From Myxococcota bacterium (GTDB lineage Bacteria > Myxococcota_A > UBA9042 > PHBI01 > JAWLBL01), in assembly GCA_041687695.1 (NCBI GenBank), contig JAWLBL010000015.1, positions 35,627 to 99,626 of the forward strand: 64,000 nt of DNA, in the 5' to 3' direction. Of the stretch, positions 38,301-47,100 are shown in pieces (within the stretch, counting starts at the first letter, position 1; every line of letters starts with the position of its first letter). The translations under genes were made by a program, and so were the position numbers. Under the pieces are notes generated by a model that saw only the letters and a list, made by a program, of their open reading frames with translations, ran no database searches and was not told where the DNA came from.

Positions 38301-40374
38301 CCACCGCCGCCGCCAGCCCGACCCCCGCCGCCGGCCGCCCCGCCGCGTCGGCGACAAGCACCTGGACCTCGGCGTCGTCGCCCGGCCGGTGCCGCGTGGC
38401 GGCCTCGACCCGCACGTCCAGCGCAGCCGGCGCCAGATACACCGCCGTCTGCTCATCCTCGACAACGACGCCGTCCCCGTCCCAGCCCGCCTCCGTCACC
38501 CGCACGCTGGCCAGCCCGAACACCCCCTCGGGCGCCCGCAGCCTCGCCCGCGCCCGCCCGTCCGCGCCCACCTCGGCCGTCGCCGTGGCCAGCGCCGCCC
38601 CCTCGCGCACCAGGGTCACCACCAACGGCCGCCGCGTCGCCGTCCACGCCGCCTCGACCTCGATGGGCGCCCCGGCAGCCACCACCGGCGTGCCTACCCG
38701 CACCCCGCGCGCCGGCCCCGGCGTCACCTCGACCTCCAACGTGGCCTCGGCCACCTCGCCCGCGGCCCTCGCCGTAGCCTTCAACGTCTGCGGCGGCGGC
38801 CCCTCGTCGTCGTCCGCCTCGGTCGCCCCGACCGTCAGGTTCAGCTCCAGCCGCCCGCCGTCGCGGGCCCCGCCGGGCAGGCGCAGCGTCCCCAACGCCT
38901 TCTGCACGCACGTCCGCTCGGCCGCCTCGACGTCGACCGCCAGGTCCGGCAAGCCGGGATCCTGCCTCGCGACGCGCAGCACCCGCGGCCGCCCCCGCTC
39001 CGAGGTCACCGTGACCTGCGCCCAGGCATCGAACGGCTCGGTCCGCGACCCCACCAGGCACCCGGCCACCCGCGGCAGGCGCGCCTCGAGCGCCTCCAAC
39101 AGCCGCTCGAAGTCGCGCTCCTCCCACTCCGTCCCCCGCGTCTCCACGCGGTGCAGCGCCGCCCACGGCTCGAGCCGTCGCGCCCAGGCCGGCGGCTCGA
39201 TCTCGGCCACCAGCACCCCCTCGGGCGCCGCCCCCCGCGCCACCACGCGCCCGTCCACCCGCAGCCGCACGTCCGCCGCGACCAGCGCGCCCTCGTCGTC
39301 GGTCGCCACCACGGTCACCCGCTGCTTCATCCCCGCCCGCAGCGGCTCGCGCTCGGGCAGCACCGCCAGGTTCAGCCCCCGGCCTCCCAGCCGCGCCGTC
39401 GCCGACCCGTGCCGCGTGCGCTCGGCCCCGTCGGTCACCGACGCCAGCACCCGCAAGGTCCCGCGCCGCCCCTTCAGCCCCGGCAGCGTGAACTCGAACC
39501 GCCCGTGCGCGTCCAGCGCGCCCGCCGGCGTCGGCACCGGCGCCCCGTCGACGGTCGCGATCACCCGCACCGCCCCGCGCACCGGCTCGCCGTACGGGTA
39601 GCGCGCCGTGACCCGCCCGCCGGTCGCGTCCGCGCTGACCTCGACCGTGAAGGGCGGCAGTTCGAAGGCCCGCACGTCGACCGAGGCCTGGGCCCGCGTG
39701 TCTCCCAGCCGCGCCTCCAGCCGATAGGTCCCCAGCAGCAGGTCGTCGGCCAGCGGCAGCTCGCCCGCCACGAACCCGCTCGCGTCGGTGCTCGCCGCGC
39801 CCTGCCAGATCCGCGTCCCCCTCGGATCGGTCACCCGCACCTCGACCGCCGCCCCGTCCAGCGGCCGCGCGTCGACCCCGCCCAGCGCCGCGACCCGCCA
39901 CCGCACCGTCTGCCCGCCCCGGTACACCGCCCGGTCGGTCGTCAGCTGCAGCAGCGTCCGCGTGACCACCTCGACCGGCCACTCGGTCCGGTGTTCGGCC
40001 TGCTCGCTGCGCGCGATCAGCTCGAGCTGATGGCGCCCGTCGGCGACCGTCACCGGCGCCAGCGTCACCTCGAGCGACCCGTCGGCCCCGGTCCGCCCCT
40101 CGAACAGCACCTGGCCCGCCCCCTGCGCGCCCTCGCGCGGCGCCAAGGTCACCAGCACGTCCGCCGCCGTGCCCTCGCGCCGGGTCAGCGACCAGGCGTG
40201 GGACGTCCGCAAGGCCAGGACCCCCGGCACGCCGCGCACCAGGGTCGCGTCGGCGGTCAGCTCGACGTCCAGCAGCGGCGCGCGCGACGGCGCCTGCTGG
40301 GCCTGGGCGGTAGGGACGGGCAGGGCGGTCAGCGCGGCGAGCGCGGCGACGGTGAGCCGGGTGAGCCAGGGCAT
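35374..40374 (-). CDS. Secreted alpha-2-macroglobulin-family (thioester) protein
   Basis: Signal peptide; MG2 TTDRAVYRGGQTVRWR; LRERFDETVLW; LADSVTGW; thioester EPTGCFEQTSTTTYPN; GGFSWFG; GGWGTTQATV; YYDP. Confidence 0.92.
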   Translation of the reverse strand: MPWLTRLTVAALAALTALPVPTAQAQQAPSRAPLLDVELTADATLVRGVPGVLALRTSHAWSLTRREGTAADVLVTLAPREGAQGAGQVLFEGRTGADGSLEVTLAPVTVADGRHQLELIARSEQAEHRTEWPVEVVTRTLLQLTTDRAVYRGGQTVRWRVAALGGVDARPLDGAAVEVRVTDPRGTRIWQGAASTDASGFVAGELPLADDLLLGTYRLEARLGDTRAQASVDVRAFELPPFTVEVSADATGGRVTARYPYGEPVRGAVRVIATVDGAPVPTPAGALDAHGRFEFTLPGLKGRRGTLRVLASVTDGAERTRHGSATARLGGRGLNLAVLPEREPLRAGMKQRVTVVATDDEGALVAADVRLRVDGRVVARGAAPEGVLVAEIEPPAWARRLEPWAALHRVETRGTEWEERDFERLLEALEARLPRVAGCLVGSRTEPFDAWAQVTVTSERGRPRVLRVARQDPGLPDLAVDVEAAERTCVQKALGTLRLPGGARDGGRLELNLTVGATEADDDEGPPPQTLKATARAAGEVAEATLEVEVTPGPARGVRVGTPVVAAGAPIEVEAAWTATRRPLVVTLVREGAALATATAEVGADGRARARLRAPEGVFGLASVRVTEAGWDGDGVVVEDEQTAVYLAPAALDVRVEAATRHRPGDDAEVQVLVADAAGRPAAGVGLAAAVVDERVLTLGPPRQPLAEAVRFGGLEAATAAGLTFRDYLPEAGRAGARALLRGILDAVLGAAGDPVVMAPAEARRAQVARQVGELAEALVEGLRASPGALVRREGARWVPAVTVAEALARGGVEEERRRGPFGAALTWGDVEAAGGEITAAAAASGISWERLERLESEVERLAEAQGVDRAALVARGLDAVSGLPEALRLDAWGGRVALVKARGEGLSLVAPGPDGRVGTGDDLVLPEVMTPGSGRGWLMAAYGAAGVGTLAGRNGSLAFNKVGSIARGAMMGALTAPLRERFDETVLWSVGTRTDGQGRATLQVPLADSVTGWEVAVEALSPRGAVGHAKGRLETFLPMAVDAALPERLTVGDRFTVQAVVANHSGAERRLTVEAAAAGAVRLDGGGLQSVVVPDGATAAVPVPLVAEAAGEASLTLRLSDEGGEVDAMRRPVVVDPPGRPEFLVATGRVSAGAGGRLVLPFTLPATLSPESLDGRVRVFRDASDQALDGLEDLLREPTGCFEQTSTTTYPNLLVLRLLEGRRGRDAARARARELVAKGYQRLLRYEVKGGGFSWFGDAPANRVLTAYGLAQFSDMARVYPVDPAVIERTRQWLVGLQRPDGSWEPDPKWLHDWSAQQGTVATTAWIAWALAQAAPEDPALGKALAFLQRNAASVDGPYVAALWAAAARLAGRPSAAATRLVTAHLKTEGDARFVAMQAPTLLYGGGRAADVEVTALAATLGDALPAEAMLEWLWAARDPRGGWGTTQATVQSLRALAAHAEGAAPAEEGLVEVALDGRAPASLDLAGDGVPTLKLPGGLSPGEHALRVSTEVPGRLRVELRARWRGAEQAEAVESGLAVSLTTDSPQTQVGGQVPMRLRLTHPGSAVLAMPTAVVPVPPGFEVDARSLERLVAEGRLARFEDHGRELQLYMTQLGAGETVTLDYALEATAACDVTQHGARAFAYYDPSVHGYSANLRLRATARP

Positions 40375-40607
40375 GGGTTCCTCCGAGCGGCGGGCAACGG
40401 CCGTTCGACCGCGTCCCCGCTGGAAAGTTCCCGCCTCCGCCCCGCGACGGCGCCGACGGTGCCCTCCCCCCCTCCCCATGACCCGCCCGAACGGGCACAC
40501 TGCCGGCCGTGCCACTTTTTTCGACGAGACGCCGCGAGGTCGCGAATGGACCCCGTCGAGCCCCTCCGCCCACGCCACGGGCCGGCGCGGACGGGGCGAG
40601 CGGGACC

Positions 40608-41183
40608 ATGGACGACCTGTTGCGTGACGACGCCGCGGCCCGCGAGGCCTTCCGGCGCGGAGAGAGGTGGGCGATGGAGGCGGTCTACCGGAGCTATCTG
40701 CCGCTGGTCCGGGCCGTGGTGGGCCAGGGCTTCGGCGGGTTCCGGGGCTTCGCCAGCCCGGCCGACCGCGACGACGCGGCCCAGGCCATCTTCGCCGCCG
40801 CCTTCGAGGAGCGCGCCCGGCTCGCCTACGACGGGCTGTCGCCCTACGGCGGCTTCCTGCGCGGCATCGCCCACAACGTGGTGCGCCAGATCCTCAGCAA
40901 GAACCAGCGCTTCTCCCGCCAGCCCGACGCCCCGCACGCCGAGCCGCCCTGCGTCGAGGCCAGCTTCCTCGCCGGCGAGCGCGCCCGCGTCCTGGCCGCC
41001 TTCCGCGCCCAGTGCACCGACGCCGAGCGCGAGGTGCTGACCCGCTACTTCGCCGAAGGCTGGAGCGAGGAGCGCCTGGCCGAGCACCTGGGCCAGACCC
41101 GCTACCGCACCCGCAAGACCATCGCCCAGCTGCACAAGCGCATGGAGCGCCACCTGAGGGACCATGGCTTCGGTCGGGCATAG
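40608..41183 (+). CDS. ECF-type sigma factor
   Basis: FRRGERWAMEAVY, DDAAQAIF, FLRGIAHN region 2; EREVLTRYF.EGWSEERLAEHLG region 4. Confidence 0.8.
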   Translation: MDDLLRDDAAAREAFRRGERWAMEAVYRSYLPLVRAVVGQGFGGFRGFASPADRDDAAQAIFAAAFEERARLAYDGLSPYGGFLRGIAHNVVRQILSKNQRFSRQPDAPHAEPPCVEASFLAGERARVLAAFRAQCTDAEREVLTRYFAEGWSEERLAEHLGQTRYRTRKTIAQLHKRMERHLRDHGFGRA

Positions 41184-42060
41184 CCGCGCGCGGGCCCTGA
41201 CCGCCCGCTACCTGGACCCGCGCCGCCCCTGGACGGGCGCCGACGCCGCCGCCCTGCGCGCGCACCTGGCCGCCTGCGACCCCTGCCGCGCCGCCTACGA
41301 CGAGGCCGTCTGCGCCCACCGCGCCCTGGTCGGCGGCGACCCGGCCGTCCCCAGCGGCTTCGAGGCCCGCCGCCAGCTGGACGCCCTGCTCGGCCCCGCC
41401 CCGGACGCCGCCCCGCCCCTGCTGTGGCGCTGGCTGCGCCCCGGCGCCTACGCCCTGACCGCGGCCCTGGTCGCCCTGGCCGTCCCCTTCGGCCCCTGGT
41501 GGCCCGCCGAGCCCCCGCCCCAGCCCCGCGGCGCCGCCTCGGCCGCCCCGGTCGCCGGCCTGGGCGTCTCGGGCGTCGACCAGCACGGCCGCGAGTACGA
41601 GGTCCTGGCCTCCGCCGGCGCCCACCGCGGCGACTGGCTGCGCTTCTCCTACTCCATCGACGCCGCCGCCCCGGCCGCCCCGACCCACCTGTTCGTCTTC
41701 GGCCTGCAGCCCGGCGCCCCGCCCCTGTGGTACGCCCCCATGCCCCCCGACGAGGCCGCCAGCCTGCCGGTCGCCCCCGGCCGCTTCGTCGCGCTGCCCT
41801 TCGAGAGCCGCCTGTCGCCGCGCCACGCGGACGGCCCGCTCACCGTGGTCGCGCTCTTCACGCGCCGCCCCCTGACCCTCGACCAGGTCGCCGCCGCGCT
41901 TCCCGACCCGGCCCCCGCGCTCGGCGCCGCGCCCCCGGCGGCCGTCGCCGCCCTGCTGCGCCACGGGCTCGACCTGGGCCCGGACGCCGTCGTCCAGCTC
42001 CTGCCCACGCGCGTGCTGCCGCCCTCGACCTCCCCCGACGCCTCTGAGGTCGCTCCATGA
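41164..42060 (+). CDS. Zinc-finger anti-sigma factor with TM segment and extracytoplasmic beta domain
   Basis: HLAACDPC (HxxxCxxC); hydrophobic segment; GDWLRFSY...HLFVFG; overlaps the sigma gene. Confidence 0.75.
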   Translation: MASVGHSRARALTARYLDPRRPWTGADAAALRAHLAACDPCRAAYDEAVCAHRALVGGDPAVPSGFEARRQLDALLGPAPDAAPPLLWRWLRPGAYALTAALVALAVPFGPWWPAEPPPQPRGAASAAPVAGLGVSGVDQHGREYEVLASAGAHRGDWLRFSYSIDAAAPAAPTHLFVFGLQPGAPPLWYAPMPPDEAASLPVAPGRFVALPFESRLSPRHADGPLTVVALFTRRPLTLDQVAAALPDPAPALGAAPPAAVAALLRHGLDLGPDAVVQLLPTRVLPPSTSPDASEVAP

Positions 42061-43613
42061 CCCTGCCCTCGCCCCGCTGCCTCGCGCTCGCCGCCGTCTG
42101 TTGCGTCACGGCCACGCTCTCGGCCTCCCCCGACGCCAACGCCGCCGACCGCCGCTTCGCCCTGGTCGTCGGCCACAACCACTCGGACGACCCGACCCTC
42201 GACGCCCTGCGCTACGCCGACGACGACGCCCTGCGCTACCACGGCCTGCTCTCGCACGTCGCCGACCGGGTGCTGGTCCTGGCCCGCCCCGACGCCGAGA
42301 CCGCCCGCCTGCCGCTGCCCGCCCCCGACGGCCCGCCCACCCGCGCCGCCGTCCTGGCCGCCCTCGACACCCTGCGCGCCGAGATGGCCGCCGCCCGCGC
42401 CGCCGGCGACCGCCCGGTCCTGTACTTCGTCTACAGCGGCCACGGCCAGTACGACGCCGAGGGCCGCGGCTACGTCCACCTCGAAGAGGGCCGCTTCACG
42501 ACCCGCGATCTGTTCCACCACGTCCTCGGCCCCGCCCAGGGCGACCCGGTGGTGCTCATCGTCGACGCCTGCAACGCGGCCCTGCTGGTCGGCACCCGCG
42601 GCGGCGGCGAGCGGCGCCCGACCCGCCCCACCACCTTGTCGCTGACCCACCACCCCAACGTCGGCCTCATCCTGGCCAGCAGCACCGCCGGCGAGACCCA
42701 CGAGTGGGGCCGCTACCTGGCCGGCGTCTTCAGCCACGAGGTCCGCTCCGGCCTGGTCGGGCCGGCCGATCTGGACGACGACGGCCGCGTCACCTTCGCC
42801 GAGCTGGCCGCCTTCGTCGCCGCCGCCAACGCCCGCGTCGCCAACCCGACCGTGCGCATCGCGCCCACGATCCGCCCGCCGCTGAGCGACCCCGAGCTGG
42901 CCCTGGTCGACCTCTCGGCCGCCCGCTTCCCGCGCCGGGTCCGCGTCGACGCCCAGCTGGCCGGGCGCGCCCACGTCGTCGACGGCGAGCTGGTCCGCTA
43001 CGCCGACTTCCACAAGGCCGCGGGCGCCGCCTTCTGGCTGGCCCTGCCGGCCGGCCCGGGCTTCCGCCTGGTGCTGGGCGACGCCGAGCACGTCATCCCG
43101 GACGACGCGCGCGGGGACCTGACGCTGGCGGGCCTGCAGGCGCGGCCCAACACGGTGCTGTCGGCCCGCGGGGCGGGCTCCGAGTACTTCGAGCGCACCC
43201 TGTTCAGCGAGCCGCACGGCCGCGCCTTCGCGGTGGGCTACCTGCAGCGCGAGTGGCTGACCGGGCTCGAGCAGGTCGCCGCGCACCGGCGGCCCTGGCA
43301 CGAGAGCAGCTGGGGCTGGGTGGCCAGCGGGGCGGGCGTGGCGGCGCTGACCGCGGGCACCGTGTTCGCGCTGGGGGCGGCCGACTCGCTGGACGCGGCG
43401 AACCGGACGCCGTGGGCCGACGAGCGGGCGCGGCTGAACGACGCGGCGCGGCAGGACCGGGTGACCGCCGGGGTGCTGATGGGCCTGGGGACGGCGGCGC
43501 TGACGGCGGGGCTGGTGACCTTCTGGCTGGACCGGCCGGTCGAGGTCGAGCGCACGCCGGCGCCCTTCGAGGTCGAGGAGACGGCGGCGGGCGTGAGGGT
43601 GCATGCTCGTTAG
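42057..43613 (+). CDS. Caspase-like (peptidase C14) exported protein
   Basis: Signal peptide; RFALVVG.N, LRYADDDA, YSGHG (His), IVDACNA (Cys); C-terminal hydrophobic hairpin. Confidence 0.88.
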   Translation: MTLPSPRCLALAAVCCVTATLSASPDANAADRRFALVVGHNHSDDPTLDALRYADDDALRYHGLLSHVADRVLVLARPDAETARLPLPAPDGPPTRAAVLAALDTLRAEMAAARAAGDRPVLYFVYSGHGQYDAEGRGYVHLEEGRFTTRDLFHHVLGPAQGDPVVLIVDACNAALLVGTRGGGERRPTRPTTLSLTHHPNVGLILASSTAGETHEWGRYLAGVFSHEVRSGLVGPADLDDDGRVTFAELAAFVAAANARVANPTVRIAPTIRPPLSDPELALVDLSAARFPRRVRVDAQLAGRAHVVDGELVRYADFHKAAGAAFWLALPAGPGFRLVLGDAEHVIPDDARGDLTLAGLQARPNTVLSARGAGSEYFERTLFSEPHGRAFAVGYLQREWLTGLEQVAAHRRPWHESSWGWVASGAGVAALTAGTVFALGAADSLDAANRTPWADERARLNDAARQDRVTAGVLMGLGTAALTAGLVTFWLDRPVEVERTPAPFEVEETAAGVRVHAR

Positions 43614-44067
43614 GGGGCTCCTGGCACCGGTGGCGCTGGCGCTGGCGCTGATGGCGGGGGCGTGCGAGCCGCTGCCGCCGATCGAGGGGGCGTGGTGCAA
43701 CACGCAGCGGCCCTGCCCGGACGGGTACGCCTGCCGCGCCGGCGAGTGCCGCAAGCTGGTGGGCCACGTCATCCTGGGCTGCCGAGAGGACGCCGAGTGC
43801 GCGCCCGGGGCCTGCCACGTCGAGGCCGGGCTGTGTGTGCAGTGCATGAAGGACGACGACTGCCTGACCGGGTCGTGCCTGCCGGGGCTGCACCTGTGCG
43901 GCTGCACCGAGCACGCGCACTGCAGGCGGACCGGGCGGTGTGATCTGCAGGCGTCGAGCTGCGTGTCGTGCTTTTCGGACGCGCAGTGCCCGAGCGGGCA
44001 GTGCAACGAGGCGGCGGGCGTGTGCGTGCCCGAGAAAATAGATCGACGAAGCGACGGCGGGTCGTGA
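43603..44067 (+). CDS. Small Cys-rich lipoprotein
   Basis: Lipobox MAGAC; repeated C..D..C..G.C....C units. Confidence 0.8.
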   Translation: MLVRGLLAPVALALALMAGACEPLPPIEGAWCNTQRPCPDGYACRAGECRKLVGHVILGCREDAECAPGACHVEAGLCVQCMKDDDCLTGSCLPGLHLCGCTEHAHCRRTGRCDLQASSCVSCFSDAQCPSGQCNEAAGVCVPEKIDRRSDGGS

Positions 44068-44122
44068 AAGGACCCCCGTCACAGACGAGGACGATGGCGC
44101 GCGGGAGCGCGGGGAGGGAGCG

Positions 44123-47100
44123 ATGAAGAGCCTGAGGTGGGGAGCCCTGGTGTTCGGGGCGCTCGGGGCGTTGGCCCTGGGCGGGTGTCTGGTGCCGGAC
44201 GTGCCCGAGCAGGGCGGGTCGGACGCGGGCGTGGACGCCAAGGCGGACACGGCCAAGCCGTGCGAGGGCGACGCCTGCGGCGGGACGCAGGTCGGCTGCG
44301 AGACGGACGCGGACTGCGGCAAGGGCGGGGTGTGCCACCCCGAGCTGAAGGCCTGCGTCAACTGCATCGACGACGGGGACTGCGCCGAGGGCGTGTGCCA
44401 TCCCAAGGCGCTGGTGTGCGTGCAGTGCGTCGACGACTCCGACTGCGGCAGCGGCGGGGTCTGTCACCCCGACAAGAACCAGTGCGTGCCGTGTCTGCAG
44501 CCCAAGGACTGCCCGGGCGGGCAGTGCGACCCGGCGGTGGGCTGCATCGGCTGCGGGTCGGACGCCGAGTGCGACGACGGCAACCCCTGCACCAAGGACG
44601 CCTGCGACGTCGCGACCGCGCAGTGCGCGCACGAGGTGCTGCCGGACGGCGCGTCGTGCGACGACGGCGACGCCTGCACGGTCAAGGACGTGTGCGCCGC
44701 GGGCGCCTGCGTCGGCGGGGCCAAGGACCCCGAGTGCACCTGCAAAGACATCGTCTGCCCGGCCATCTACGTGCCCATCGACAGCGACAACGACGGCTGC
44801 GACGACCAGTGCGTCTGCCCCGACGGGCAGCTCCCGGGCCCCGACGGCGGCTGCGGCGGCCCGGTCGCCTGCGTCACGCACGACGACTGCGAGGACGGCG
44901 ACCCCTGCACCGAGAACCTGTGCAAGGCCGGCGTGTGCGTCGCGGAGAAGGACCCGAGCTGCGGCACGGTCTGCGCCGACGGCCAGGTCTGTGACGACGG
45001 CAACCCCTGCACGGTCGGCAAGTGCGACCCGGCGACCGGCGCCTGCCACTTCGCGCCGCTGGCCGACGGGGCCAGCTGCGAGGACGGCGACAAGTGCACC
45101 GTGGGCGACTTCTGCCAGGCCGGTCAGTGCCAGGCGGGCAAGGAGGACGTCGGCTGCGGCTGCAAGGACCTGGTCTGCCTGGCCATCTACGTGCCCATCG
45201 ACACCGACGGCGACGGCTGCCCCGACACCTGCGCCTGCCCGGACGGGACCGAGCCCGGCCCCAACGGCGGCTGCGGCACGGTGTGCAACTTCGTCGGCTG
45301 CGCGCCCAACATGATCCCGGTCGACAAGGACGGCGACGGCTGCCCCGACGGCTGCACCCAGAGCTGCAAGAAGATGTGCGACCCCAACGCGTGCCCGCCG
45401 TGGGCGGTGCAGGCCGACACCGACGGCGACGGGTGCTACGACACCTGCAAGGCGTGCCCGGACGGGATGATCGGCAGCGACTGGGACGGCGACGGCTGCG
45501 TCGAGAGCTGCGTGAAGTGCGAGCTGCTGCCGTGCCCCGCGGGCAGCAAGCCGGTGGATCTCAACGGCGACGGGTGCCCCGACCAGTGCAGCTGCGGTGA
45601 CGTGGCCTGCGGCTGCGACGCGGCCTGCCCGGCCGGCAGCAAGCCCTACGACGGCGACTTCGACGGCTGCCCCGACAAGTGCAAGTGCCCCGACGGCCAG
45701 GTGGTCCCGCCGGGCGGGTCGTGCGGGTGCCCGTACGAGATCCTGTGCCCCATCGGCACCAAGCCGGTCGACCAGGACGGCGACGGCTGCGCCGACGCCT
45801 GCGTGTGCGCCGACGGGGCGTCGGCCGACGCGAACGGGCAGTGCTGTAAACCCCTCGAGTGCCCGGCCGGGACCTATCCCTTCGACGTGGACGGCGACGG
45901 CTGCCGCGACCTGTGCCTGTGCAAGGACGGCAGCAAGCCGGCGGCGGACGGGACCTGCGGCTGCAAGCCCATCGTCTGCAAGGACGGCCTCGCCGGCTTC
46001 GACAAGGACGGCGACGGGTGCGCCGACACCTGCGTGCCGGCCTGCGGCGACGCGTGCGACTGCTACGACATGGGGCTGAGCTTCCCCAGCGAGTGCCTGC
46101 TCAAGTGCGGCGGCTGCGGCAATTTCTGGACCTGCCAGCAGGGCGCCTGCGTGGCCAACTGCGGCTTCGTGCCGCCCGAGGTCGGGATGTGCGAGGTGTG
46201 CGCCGACCCGCCGAAGTGCCCGCTGGGCCAGCAAGCCGTCGACACCGACAAGGACGGCTGCCCCGACACCTGCCAGTGCGTGCTGGGCGGGCCGACCGAC
46301 CCGAACGGCGTGTGCGCCTGCCCGTACGTCATCGACTGCATGCCGGGGACCTGGCCCAAGGATCTGGACGGCGACGGCTGCCCCGACGTGTGCCTGTGCG
46401 AGGACGGGACCAAGCCGGACCCGAACACGGGCAGCTGCTGCGAGCCGGTCTACTGCCCGGCGGGCGCCAGCGCCGGCGACAGCGACGGGGACGGCTGCAT
46501 GGACACCTGCACCTGCTGGGACGGCACCGAGGCCGGCCCGAACGTGGTGTGCCCGTGCTCCATCGCCATCAAGTGCCCGGCCGGCACGCAGGCGGTCGAC
46601 ACCGACGATGACGGCTGCGCCGACAGCTGCCTGTGCGCCAACGGGCAAAAGCCCGACGCCAGCGGCCAGTGCTGCGCGGCCTTCGAGTGCCTGGTCGGCA
46701 CGCCCTACGACAGCGACGGCGACGGCTGCCCGGACGCCTGCGGGTGCCTGGACGGCTCGACGCCCAGCAGCGCCGGCTGCCCCTGCTACGACCTCATCTG
46801 CCCCGAGGGCAGCAAGGGCGACGACCAGGACGGCGACGGGTGCTTCGACGCCTGCGTCTGCCCCGACGGCGCCTCGCCGGTGGGCGGCGCCTGCTGCAAG
46901 CCCATCTACTGCCCCAAGGGCGCGACCGCCAAGGACACCGACAAGGACGGCTGCCCCGACACCTGCGTCTGCTGGAACGGCAGCAAGCCGAACGCGGACG
47001 GCCTGTGCTGCCAGGCGCTGCAGTGCCCGGTGGGCAGCTACGCGGCCGACACCGACAAGGACGGCTGCCCCGACACCTGCCTGTGCAAGGACGGCAGCAA

